From NCBI GenBank assembly GCA_030704615.1, contig CM060734.1:55366001-55430000 (forward strand): a stretch of DNA of 64,000 nucleotides, in the 5' to 3' direction. A program made the translations under genes and the position numbers. The stretch is from Takakia lepidozioides (taxonomy: Eukaryota > Plantae > Bryophyta). Positions within the stretch are counted from its first letter, which is position 1. Each line of letters opens with the position of its first letter. The notes under the pieces are model-generated. The model ran no database searches and had not been told where the DNA came from. It worked only from the letters and a program-made list of their open reading frames with translations. Positions 1 through 10,355 of this stretch are shown piece by piece.

Positions 1-770
1 CCAATCTTCTCGTGGACTACGAGATCCACAGTTCCCCCACCCACATCCACAACCAAGAATCGGTGTCCTGATGTCAATTTGAAGTCTTCGAGTTTGAGCT
101 GACAATAAACCGAGGCTGCCTCCGGTTCCAAGACGATCATAGCAGGGTAGGGACTGCCTCCACTAGTAGGAGGACAAAGAGGTCCCTGGACCATTCCAGA
201 AACCTCTAAGCACGTCTTCATCTGCTGTTTCGCGTGATCGTTCCAGATGACGGGAACTGTAACACACCACTGTATGTCATCCTTTGTTAGATGACCTCCG
301 AATCTGGTCTGAACCTCTTGCAGAATAAACTCTGACAACTTGATCAAGTAGTCAGAGATTGCTCTTTGAGAGCTAATGCCTGGAGGTAGTGGTTCAGCTG
401 AAGAGGGTCCCAGGCCATCCCCAGCGAGGTGTAGTTTGAACCTGGTCAGAAAATGCCCCACTGTCATACCCATATCTCTTTCGGCATTTTCAGAGTCGAT
501 GCTCACTTGTGCTGCCCTTGAATACTTCACCATCGCCGGCCACCCCCAATCAACGAGCTCAAAAGAGTCCGGAGTCTCCCCTGGCATGTAGAAGAGGCTT
601 GATTGCGTCTTGCAATACCGCGAGCCTCCTGCACTAGCCTGCATAGGCCAGTCATGGAATGTGTAAATTTTATCGGGCTCAGACCTATGAGAATACGCAA
701 ATCCTGAGAACGTTGTACCAAAATCAAGACCAACTATGATCTTTGCTTCCTCTACCACTACTAGATCCAT
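1..770 (-). CDS. HSPA12-type Hsp70-like protein, 5' part (runs off the left edge of the window)
   Basis: Absent from the ORF track because it is truncated. Manual translation from ATG 770 gives MDLVVVEEAKIIVGLDFGTTFSGFAYSHRSEPDKIYTFHDWP...CKTQSSLFYMP...WGWP...FLTRFKLHL...WCVTVPVIWNDHAKQQM...VLEPEAASVYCQ...FLVVDVGGGTVDLVVHEKI. The frame is open, has no intron, and is a clear paralog of 7171-9060. Confidence 0.9.
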   Translation of the reverse strand, partial: MDLVVVEEAKIIVGLDFGTTFSGFAYSHRSEPDKIYTFHDWPMQASAGGSRYCKTQSSLFYMPGETPDSFELVDWGWPAMVKYSRAAQVSIDSENAERDMGMTVGHFLTRFKLHLAGDGLGPSSAEPLPPGISSQRAISDYLIKLSEFILQEVQTRFGGHLTKDDIQWCVTVPVIWNDHAKQQMKTCLEVSGMVQGPLCPPTSGGSPYPAMIVLEPEAASVYCQLKLEDFKLTSGHRFLVVDVGGGTVDLVVHEKI

Positions 771-1354
771 TGCAATGGCTGCTCGTGCTCGCAAACTTGG
801 CGTCCTAACACTGGACTCCTTCTCCCTCTCGCTCTACTCTCTTAGTGACTAATCTCACCCTCTCTCCTAAGTGATCTGGACTCCCAATTGCTGAGTGTAT
901 ATCGTCAACGGGAGCTCTGAACGTATTTAAGTATGAACTAAGGCCGGCTCCAGATTTACAGTACAAAGGTTCACTGATTGTCTGAAGTCACAGAAATGAT
1001 TGCGAAGTAAGCTGCCAGCACCTAGTTAAAAGGTTAACTTTAAAGATGAATTGTAGGGGTGTTAGACCGGCCCAGTTACTCTGGAAATCCTTGGCGATGT
1101 ACAGCTAACATACTAATCCACTAATCTTTTAGTTCAGCAGGCAACTTCAATCCTGGTGAGAAAGTTTTGAAGAAATACTTCCAGATTGAGCTCCGGGGGG
1201 ATCAGCCCAGCAAGCTCTGTCTGAGTCATGATGTTATGCGCCACCATCGAGAACGTCGAGAGTGCACATCACCTGGCGGCGCCGCGCTGGAGCTAGTCGG
1301 GCCGTCTTTGTTTCTCAAGTGTCAACTTTTTCGCAAAGTGGCGTACTAGTGTAA

Positions 1355-1545
1355 TCATCATGAAAGCCAAAAAAGCCCATCTCGTAAGGAGACCTAGATC
1401 TTCTGTTTTTGGGTTTGGCTGCGGACAGTGCAGAGTCACTCCAGTACAGCAGCGATCGCGTTGTCTAACAGTTAACTGCGAGCTGCAATCTGTTTGATAG
1501 CTAACCACTTCAGTACTTCGGCGGCCGTCGCACCGCATTTCACCA
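1355..1545. repeat. Dispersed ~190-bp non-coding repeat, copy 1
   Basis: Shares blocks such as cagtacagcagcga, ctaacag.taactgcgagctgcaatctgtttg and ccacttcagtactt.ggcggccgtcgcac with 14716-14910, in the same orientation. Confidence 0.8.
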
Positions 1546-3042
1546 TCTGGACTTCAAGTTAATTAGGCAAAATCGGTAGGTGTTCTGGCTCGACTGAAAT
1601 CATTCCACAGCAGCGTAATGTCGCCCTTGGGGCCAGGACCTTGACCTCAGTTGGTTGGGCATTATTGACCCTCATTCGCAGATCCCGGCACTTCTAACAG
1701 AGTGGATCTCAATTAATTCCCCGGTAAATTGGAAAGCGATGTTTGGCATTAAGACAGGGATCCTAAAATCTCTGGTTTCCAACTCGTTTCCTGTCGAAAC
1801 AAGTTTGTAAGCTACCGTATCTTGCCAGTCAATGCTTGCATGTTGGATATTGTCAACCATGCTCGGTCTGCTCTCTGTTGTTACTTGAAACATTGGAACA
1901 TTGCTTGCTGGACTGCCCTTTCGCAAATCACATCTAGAGGCTCTGGCTCTATCTTTGTTCCTTGCAAATGTGTGCAAAGAACGGAGAATGCTGGAGCTGG
2001 CATAGTTGCTAGATTGTCTCCAACTGAAGAGAATTGGCGCAGTTGCGATGGTTTGAAATGGTAGCCTGTTTTTACAGACTCAGAGACCTACAGACTATCA
2101 TTCGCACTGGAAACATGCTGTCCTCTGGGAATTTGATTTGCCTCTTCTGTGATATGTATCTGCAATATTAGACCTGTGCCCACTTCTGTCATACACTGAT
2201 CAATCCCTTCCCAGGTGATACAAATCATCTCGAGCTCACAGACGATAGAGCACCACGATAAAGTAGATAAATTATGAGTCTGCAGGATTAGCTCGCACAA
2301 CTCAGGTAGCTGGGGGAATCACTTGCACATGTATTTCATTACAGTTGTTCATCTGTACGGATTTTACATCACACCAAAGGAAAACATTAAGATTCGCCGT
2401 GAAAGGGATGGAGATGGGAGCAGTGGTAGACAATTTTAGTATTGGAGCTGCTTCGGAAAGTAGGCCAACTGGACGATATAGGCCTACCTCGCTTGAAAGA
2501 ATGGCCGCTGCATGAAAGTCGATATTATCATGCGAGCTGCAGATGATACAAGTTACTTAAGGTCCAAAGTTAACTCGTACAATTAGCGCTTTTCGAGTTA
2601 CATATGTAACCTTTGGGTTCATTACTAAGGGTGAAGGAAACTTGTATTGATTCTACCTCAGTTTCTGTATGCACATCATGATCTGTAAATTTCGTCAATT
2701 CTTCCTGCCATTTTCTCTTCCAAGATTTTCCAGATGGTAGATCAGGGGCCGGTGTATAGTATCAAACCTGGTAAAGCTTCCAACACAAGTCATCAAAACA
2801 TTCAAATGTTCAGTCATTTACAAAGATTCTGTGGCTGATTTGTGAGATGTCTTTTGCACCTGCACATCAGGCTACCGCACCAACTATACTGGAAAATTGG
2901 CCTGGATTTGGATACTAAAATCGCCTAGCCATACAGCCAATTCTGAACACTCGAACAGAAACCAAGCTTATCAGATCTCTCTGTTGTTCAAACCTCAAAT
3001 GCAAGCTCGCCTTAGTTGCCCTACATCAGCTCTCCAGCTCAA

Positions 3043-5278
3043 TCAGCAAGTGATGAAGCGTCCATCAATGAGACATAGGGATTTAGGAGGTGGAACTACG
3101 CTGTTGAGATAAACTTGGGCTTTTATCACAGAATTCCGCACATGAAACCCGGGAGTAGTCATAAAAGCGACCTTCTGCGACCGTTTCTCGTGATCTTCCA
3201 TCGGAACAATAGAGTCCAGGAACTCGCCATTGAATGGTGTATCACGTCCAACCCTGAATATGCTTGCAGGCGGCTCAAAGGAGAACGCCAGTTTATGGAC
3301 CAGCCACACTGCCCTGGCAACTTCTACAAACGTTTCAAAGAAATGGTTATTTGCTGGTTTCTTCCCCTGCGAGATTTCTGTCCAGAGTTGCGAATTTCCA
3401 GGCATTGCGGTTTGTAGGTCGTTGGAAATGACTTGCACAAGCTTTCTCGTAACGAACTCTCCAAACCGTCCCTCCCAATAAGTTGTGCTCGACGATTTGT
3501 TCTGTGTCATTTCTTGGTAGCTTCTAAAACAGTCAGCTCGGTGTTTCTTTGTATCCAAGGCCACACACATATTGAATGGATCCACATCAAAAAAATCGTT
3601 CTCAAAGCCTTGAAACATATGCAAGCATGTCCACCACTCCCAAACATGCTTCAGATTAATATTCCTTGCGAAATGGACTCCCGGGAGATGGGCCATTAAA
3701 AGGCAAGCTTCCATGTGGAACGTCGGATCGTTTTCTCTCAGCTTCTGATATAGAAGCCTCGTAAAAGTCTTCACGGCTATCTGCACTTCTTTGATACCGT
3801 CCCCCAGCATGCGAGGATTGGCATGAGCATCGATGTAGGAACCGCTTGTGACGGACTGACTGGCAGTCTTGCGCTCAATCTGCTCCATCTGCCTCTCCAA
3901 CGTTTCTTTCTTGGAGGTCAATTGGCTATTGCACATCTTCAGAGTTTCAACCTCTTCAACTTTTTCCTCCAGATGTATCTCAAGGTTATGAAGTTGGTTC
4001 CCACGAGCTTCTAGGTCCATGTTTAGCCGACTAACTTCTGCTTCCGCCTTTCCACGCTGCGCGTTTGAAGTTTGAAGGGCCTCAGTTTGCTGTGTATATT
4101 TGCTGGCCCATTCCTTTTCACTCTGTTCAAGCGTAGCGACCTTCATCGTTGCCACAGAAAGATCCGTGCGAAGGGATGCCAGATTCGATTCACGCTCTTT
4201 CTCCCTCAAGATAACTTCAGCTTGAAGGCTTTCGTGTTGCTTCTCCAGCCATGTCAGTAACATGGCAATCAGAGAGCTGTTGAACCGATGATCGGTTTCA
4301 GGTCCTCCAGGAGTTTGCGTCAACAGGAAAGTTGCAAAACTGGAAGCTGCTTTAAACCCACCTCCCCTCGATAAGTTACTGGAACGTCCTCCATGGTCGA
4401 CCATTTCAGAATCTGGTCTCCCTGTCAAAGGATCATTCTGCTGTGTGTGAGTAAGTGAATATGGGGCTATAGCAGGTCCGGTGTCAATGTTGCAGATGAC
4501 CAATTCACCAATCGTGCAAGCATGGACGGGTTCTTCTGTCTGTTCGGTGCCAGAGGCCTTTTTCTGGTTTCTCAAACCCCCAGAATCTCTCTGTCTAAGG
4601 CTTTCAACCTTTCTCTGCAGGTCACACATCAACAAGAAATTCGGAAACTCTGATCTTAGACGATCTGTGCACTAGGACATATCACCTGGATTAAAATATA
4701 TACGTTAAATTTTAAAAGCAACAGACTCTGATCGTGGGTCTAGGCAGGTCAGGATTGAGGACGTGTGTTAAAACAATTTAACTCTATTGATCAATCTACA
4801 GAGTTTCCTGGGAATACATTAGTACATGTGCATGTAGAAGATGCTACTAAATGCTTCCCGGCGATATTCAGCTGTCATGCAGTAGCTTGGGACATGTAAA
4901 GAGCGTTCAATGTCACCGCTCGATTGTATATGCTCGAAATTATAGTGTTCAGCCGCATTAGGTTTTAGTACATCAGCTCTGAACTTCGTGTGTCTAGAGT
5001 TTAGCTTGGTTAGAGCTTGGTGCATTCAAAGTTCGGGGAAAATGTTCATAGGACTTGTAAGTGGTTGGTTATAGTTCAGCGAGTACCTCAGCAGTATTCT
5101 CAGGAGAGCAGACATAGTCTAAATTAGAATTTGCAGACGTATCGAATGTCAGTGCGTTGACATGGACCACTGCTCTCATGCTCAGCGGCTGCTGGGAGCT
5201 GGCGAACTTTAAAGTGGCTGTGCTGCTTGTCCGTTTGCTTCCTCCCATACCCATGGACTCGCGATCTCCTGGCTGCAT
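3043..5278 (-). CDS. Coiled-coil protein with a GIL1/IRK-interacting-protein (DUF641-family-like) C-terminal domain. Probable exons 5278-5087 and 4671-3043.
   Basis: The 530-aa ORF has a long heptad-rich E/K/Q/L region followed by family motifs (HVWEWWTCLHMFQGFEN; FVEVARAVWLVHKLAFSFEPPASIFRV; VAFMTTPGFHVRNSVIKAQVYL). A GT donor at 5086 and an AG acceptor at 4673-4672 join the 5069-5278 ORF in phase 0. An AG directly before ATG 5278 suggests a further upstream exon. Confidence 0.75.
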
Positions 5279-7170
5279 CTACAGAATACCTCCATGCAGA
5301 AATGATAATTTTAGTTTATGATTCCATATCAATATTTGATCTGAAGAAAAGATTTCAGAAGATGCTATCTAGAGGTAGCCCAGCCAAATTAGTACCACTA
5401 TTCTAGCTGGGACGTAATGTGCATGCATGTTCATGTACTATAGAAGTTTCATGTACAGACGAGTAAGATCCCAGGTCTCTTGGCGCTGCTAGCAGTTGGA
5501 CATGATCTACTCTTAGATAGCTAGCGTCTCTTACGGAGAAGCAGGACTTCAGGCAATTGCGAACAATCTAACACACTGAAAAGTGTCTGAAGTCAGGAAA
5601 AATCTTACGACTTCAGCACTACACAATATCAGGGTGATGGATATAAAATGAGATCAACTGCATTGATAGACACCGAGCTCTAGAAGAAGTATAGAGCATT
5701 AGGATGAGAACGAGGACCAGCTTGCAAGTAGAGAACAACAAACCTGGCAGCAGGCATACAAGGTTGATCAATGCCAATGTCCAGATCTTGATCAGTCAGT
5801 GCAGCCCGGTGACGAAGAAAGACGTAATGGCAGGGATCATCCTTTCAAGCCTCCTTTTAGCCGGCCAAAGGTTGTCAACTTTGCTGCCATTGCCAGAAGC
5901 CCTCGAGAGCACTCATTGCAGTTTTGTAACACTAATTCGCTGACGAGATCAAATGCGGCGGCTTACGACGCCTCACTTTGCAGCATCATTTTTTTTGCCC
6001 AGGTGACAGACTTCCGTCTATTTAGAAGGCAATGGGTTCGAGTACATTGCCAATTGATCGTGTACGTCCTCGCTAAATTGGCAACTGATGAGCATTCATC
6101 TTCCCCTCACGATTGAGACGTAGCTGGGATCACCTTCCAAAGTTCCACTCGACCCTAACTAGCTAGCCCGCCCAATGATTTCCTCGAGAGAAAGATTTCG
6201 TTCACATCATCATCAGATCTATTCCCAGTGAGTATTTATGATTGCGAATCCGGGTACATTGTATCATCTGCGCCGCTAAAGAGCGAACGTACAAGTTATA
6301 TAATTATGTACAATGCCTCGGCCGCCGATGTCCAGACGCCTCTCGATCGCCAGCCAAATGTGGGCTGCAACATCGTGTCAACTCGTGTGAGTAAGATCAT
6401 ATAAGATCAGGGCCTATATCGGGCATGCCCGTATACTGATTTGAGCACATTGCATAACTTCATAAACTTTTGTGAGGTCGCAACTCTTGGAGTGGGAATT
6501 TCAACAACTCGATTCAAACAGAATCTTATCGATCGACCCGTTCGCGGGGTGAACTTTGACTTGTAGTGATAGGCCGCCTGTTACTTTTGAAAGAACTTTT
6601 TTTTGGGCGGTGACGTTTTGGATCGCCCGCCGTAGCTCTAAATCGATCGAAGTTGCATGAGCAGCTGCCGCCGAATCGCATTTGACAACGTTACAACTCA
6701 TATTCACTGAATTGAAGGCGTGACCGCTAGGTGCTGTCCAAGGGGCCGGACATTTAAATCTGGAGCTATGAATCTTGCAATTTCATGCAAGTTCCTGGAA
6801 AGGCTGCTAGAGCACTAAGTTGGAGAAGCTGCCAAGGTCTGACGTCACAAGTTTTAATCACGAGTACTTATGTACATGTACATCTATGTCTCTACTGTCC
6901 TATCCGGGTAACAATCATGTGCAGCTAGTACCACTGCAGCTAGGTCCATTGCAGGCACCAGATAGCTTCATGTAAGTTCTTAAGGTGCCTATAAATTGTT
7001 CAGGGGTGCACATACTTTCAGAGCTAATCGACCACAGAGAAGAACCGTAAGACCCAAGTCCTAGCAGTGGGTGGGTGCAGAGGGTTCTGAGCGTCCTCGT
7101 CGATCGTTAGAACCATTCAGAGGGCAGAAGGGATTCGAGCGATCAGAGTGAAGAGTGTGCTAATTAGATC

Positions 7171-9060
7171 ATGGCCGATCTGGCTATGATAGAAGATGCA
7201 AAGGTGGTAGTGGGGCTAGACTTTGGAACAACGTATTCCGGATTTGCGTATGCTCTGAGGTCGGAGCCTGAGAAGATCTACACATTCTATGACTGGCCTT
7301 TGCAGGCTAGGTGCGGAGGTATGCCATATTGCAAAACGCAGACCAGTTTATGGTACATGCCTAGTCCGACCACTCCCGGCTCCTACGAGCTCTGCGACTG
7401 GGGTTGGCCTGCGTTTTTCAACTACAATCTGCACACAGCAAGCTCTCCGAGCGGCCAGTTATCGAGAGCGACTCAAGTTTCGACGAGCCAACTAAGTAAC
7501 GTTTTCGAAAGAATCAGTCTACAGGCTGCTCGTAGCAGCAGCGCCAATCCCGCAGATGTAAGTCATGTGCTGTCCTCCGGCCACTTCCTCACCAAATTCA
7601 AGCTCCATCTGGCTGGGCCAAATGCGGGGCCTTTGTCTGCAGTTGACTTGCCAGAAGGCCTAACGGCTCAGAGAACCATCTCGGACTATCTGACCAAATT
7701 GTCTGAGCTTATTCTGGAAGAGTTGCAGAACAAGTTTGGTCCTCACATAATGAAGGAAGACATCCAGTGGTGTCTAACTGTTCCCGCAATATGGGATGAC
7801 CATGCCAAGAAGCAAATGAAAATCTGTGCCGAAATTGCTGGATTGGTTCAGGGCCCACGCTGTCGAGCAAAAAGCAGGAGCCCTCACCCTCTGCAGATTG
7901 TGTTGGAACCAGAGGCAGCATCCGTTTATTGTCAGCTCAACCTGAGCAGTAATCACCAATGGAGTATGGGAAACAAGTTCATGGTTGTAGATGCTGGCGG
8001 CGGCACTGTGGATATCGTTCTTCACGAGAAGTGCGGTCCTGCATCAAGTCTGAATGTCAGGGAGCTGAAACAGAGCACTGGTGGGCTATGCGGGGGAACA
8101 TATGTCGATGAGGCTTTCTTTGCCTTTCTTGAACGCCAGATCAGTTGCTTTAAGAGATTCGCCAAAGAAAACCCTTCGGCGAAGATATCTCTTTTGCAAT
8201 CGTGGCAGACAATCAAGTATGCATTTGACGGAGAGCAGGCTGGATTTGATCTGGAGCTCCCTCCCAGGCTTGCATCGATGTTGGAAGATGGAGATCATGG
8301 GAAATCAAGTCTGCTCCAGGCCAGCATTATCAGACGTTCCTACGACGAAATTGACCTCAGCAACGGAGTAATGAAGAGTATTTTTGATCCAGTCATAAAG
8401 CAGATTCTCGATCTCATTGATGACAGCATGGTGTGTGACCTCAATGCCATCATGGTCGTTGGAGGGTTCTCAGAGTCCCCATATCTCATGAAAAGAATCA
8501 GGGAGACATTCGCAAGAAGAGTTACTACGATTGTGAGCCCTCCACATCCCGGTAGCTCTGTCTGCTGTGGTGCAGTCACAATGGGCATTCGTGCCAACGT
8601 TGTCATGTCCAGAATCTCAAGAAAGACATACGGTATGTCGGTAGCTGATCTTTTTAAATATGGCACTCATCGCAACGACTACAAGTTCACCAACGATGGA
8701 GTCACCTACTGTCGCAACCTGTTTTCCGTGTTTGTGAAGAGAGGAGATGAGGTTCCAGTGAACTACACTGTAACCCACAGTGATCTAAGTCCATGCAGCA
8801 AACACCAGAGCACCGTACGTATTGAGCTGTACTCTACAACTAGTAGGGATCCAGTCTATGTCACTGACCCTGGAGTTGTCAAAGAGGGGAGTTTCTCAAT
8901 GAGCATTACAAGCCATGCAGCTCTGGGCGTGCGACCACTTATTGCAGTGTCCATGTATTTTGGCCGCTCTGAAGTTCAAATTGAAGCTGTGGGGACAAAT
9001 TTTGGTAGCGGTGAGAAGGAAAGCATGCTTCCTGTGAAGTTTGATAGAGACTTTGTGTAG
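7171..9060 (+). CDS. HSPA12-type Hsp70-like (actin-fold ATPase) protein, intronless, 629 aa
   Basis: Motifs VVGLDFGTTYSGFAY, WCLTVPAIWDDHAKKQM, VLEPEAAS, FMVVDAGGGTVDI, GGLCGGTYVDEAF, VVGGFSESPYL and RISRKTYG are HSPA12-like. There is no EEVD/KDEL and no helical lid, so it is not a canonical cytosolic or ER Hsp70. Confidence 0.9.
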   Translation: MADLAMIEDAKVVVGLDFGTTYSGFAYALRSEPEKIYTFYDWPLQARCGGMPYCKTQTSLWYMPSPTTPGSYELCDWGWPAFFNYNLHTASSPSGQLSRATQVSTSQLSNVFERISLQAARSSSANPADVSHVLSSGHFLTKFKLHLAGPNAGPLSAVDLPEGLTAQRTISDYLTKLSELILEELQNKFGPHIMKEDIQWCLTVPAIWDDHAKKQMKICAEIAGLVQGPRCRAKSRSPHPLQIVLEPEAASVYCQLNLSSNHQWSMGNKFMVVDAGGGTVDIVLHEKCGPASSLNVRELKQSTGGLCGGTYVDEAFFAFLERQISCFKRFAKENPSAKISLLQSWQTIKYAFDGEQAGFDLELPPRLASMLEDGDHGKSSLLQASIIRRSYDEIDLSNGVMKSIFDPVIKQILDLIDDSMVCDLNAIMVVGGFSESPYLMKRIRETFARRVTTIVSPPHPGSSVCCGAVTMGIRANVVMSRISRKTYGMSVADLFKYGTHRNDYKFTNDGVTYCRNLFSVFVKRGDEVPVNYTVTHSDLSPCSKHQSTVRIELYSTTSRDPVYVTDPGVVKEGSFSMSITSHAALGVRPLIAVSMYFGRSEVQIEAVGTNFGSGEKESMLPVKFDRDFV

Positions 9061-9588
9061 CTGTGCAGCTGCAGACACGATCAGTGCACAGTTTTTCTTG
9101 GAACCTTGTTTCTCTTGAGCATGATCGATGGACTTGCTGCAGTTTCTAAGTATATAAGTACTTGGTTAATGTCTAGAAGTTTTGTTATCTACTGCACAGT
9201 TTGCCGGACGATTCCTTGCACTGTACGTTCGTAACATTCTGAGCTGATCTTCTGGACAGTTTTCCATGAATTGTCAAGTAGATATGCACACGCAGTCTTG
9301 AATGTTCTGCGTACATCAAATGTATGACACTTGTTAAATACTCAGCTCTGCTTTTACTCATTAAAAGTGGTGGTAATTGTTGTGATATTCTAGCATTGGC
9401 GGTAATTCTTCTATTAGGTTTATATTGGAAAATTAGTGCAAGAATTGAAGTGTTTTGTGATGGGTCTCAGAACTTGTAGTTCTTATTAAACTATGAGTCA
9501 TGCCTCGAAGATAAATAATGACATGGTTTGTCTTAAAGTGATACTTTGTATTTCTAGTTTTAGGATGTATATGAGCACCCTTTATATG

Positions 9589-10355
9589 GCCTCTCATTTT
9601 TGAATAATTGGGAATTTAAGGCGCACGTGCCAGGCAACGGGCCCATGCACAGACGTGGAGGGCGTGGGATGTCGGGCGCACCCGCGACCACCTGGGAGGG
9701 TCCGGGTGTGCTCGCAGGTTGGGTCTGTTGTCAGGTCGGGTCTGCTGACAGGTCGGGTCGGGTCCCCTCACTGCTCACAGGTCGGGTCTCCTCACGGGTC
9801 TTGGGTCCAACTGAATGGTCTGCTCGTCGCGCCGCAGCCCGTCTGCAGCTCGCCCGTGGGACTTAGAAATTTTTGCGGGAGAACTCGCCCATCAAAAAAA
9901 GGATCATTAATACACGTGAGCGCCAGCTAGAATTAATACACATTTGGCACAACCAGATTTGAACCCACAATCTCAGAGGTACCACTCAATGCACCCAACC
10001 ACACTACCCGCTGCTTGCTAATACCCCAACATTTTTTTTCTCTCATAACCTAGAACAGCAGCAGTCAGCCCCAACGACACCCAGGGTCAGGCTTGCGGAC
10101 CTTACCTCGCGGGAGACCCACCCGAGCTGAGTCTTGCCTAGCTGAGTCTTGCCTAGGGCCTGTGGACTATCTGGTGGCAGACCCACCCGGCCGAGTCTTG
10201 CGGCGGAAGACCATCCCTGGGGCAGACCTAACGTCGAGGCAGACCCACCCAGGCCATGTCGTGGGTCCCGAGGGGGCCACCCACGTCCGTGAGTGGGGCC
10301 CGCTACGTGGCGCACATGCGAGCCTTAAACTCCCAATTATTCAACAATGAGAAGC
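9589..10355. mobile_element. Non-autonomous Mutator-like element (MITE), 767 bp
   Basis: TIRs gcctctcatttttgaataattgggaatttaaggc and gccttaaactcccaattattcaacaatgagaagc. A 9-bp TSD CTTTATATG lies at 9580-9588 and 10356-10364. The arms are GC-rich with GGGTC/GACCC motifs and there is no transposase. Confidence 0.85.

Noticed and set aside
376-733. Short ORFs 376-591 and 527-733
   Set aside because: They are shadow frames of the real minus-strand Hsp70-like CDS starting at 770.
9600-10350. GC-rich ORFs
   Set aside because: They lie inside the MITE arms and translate as low-complexity repeat sequence.
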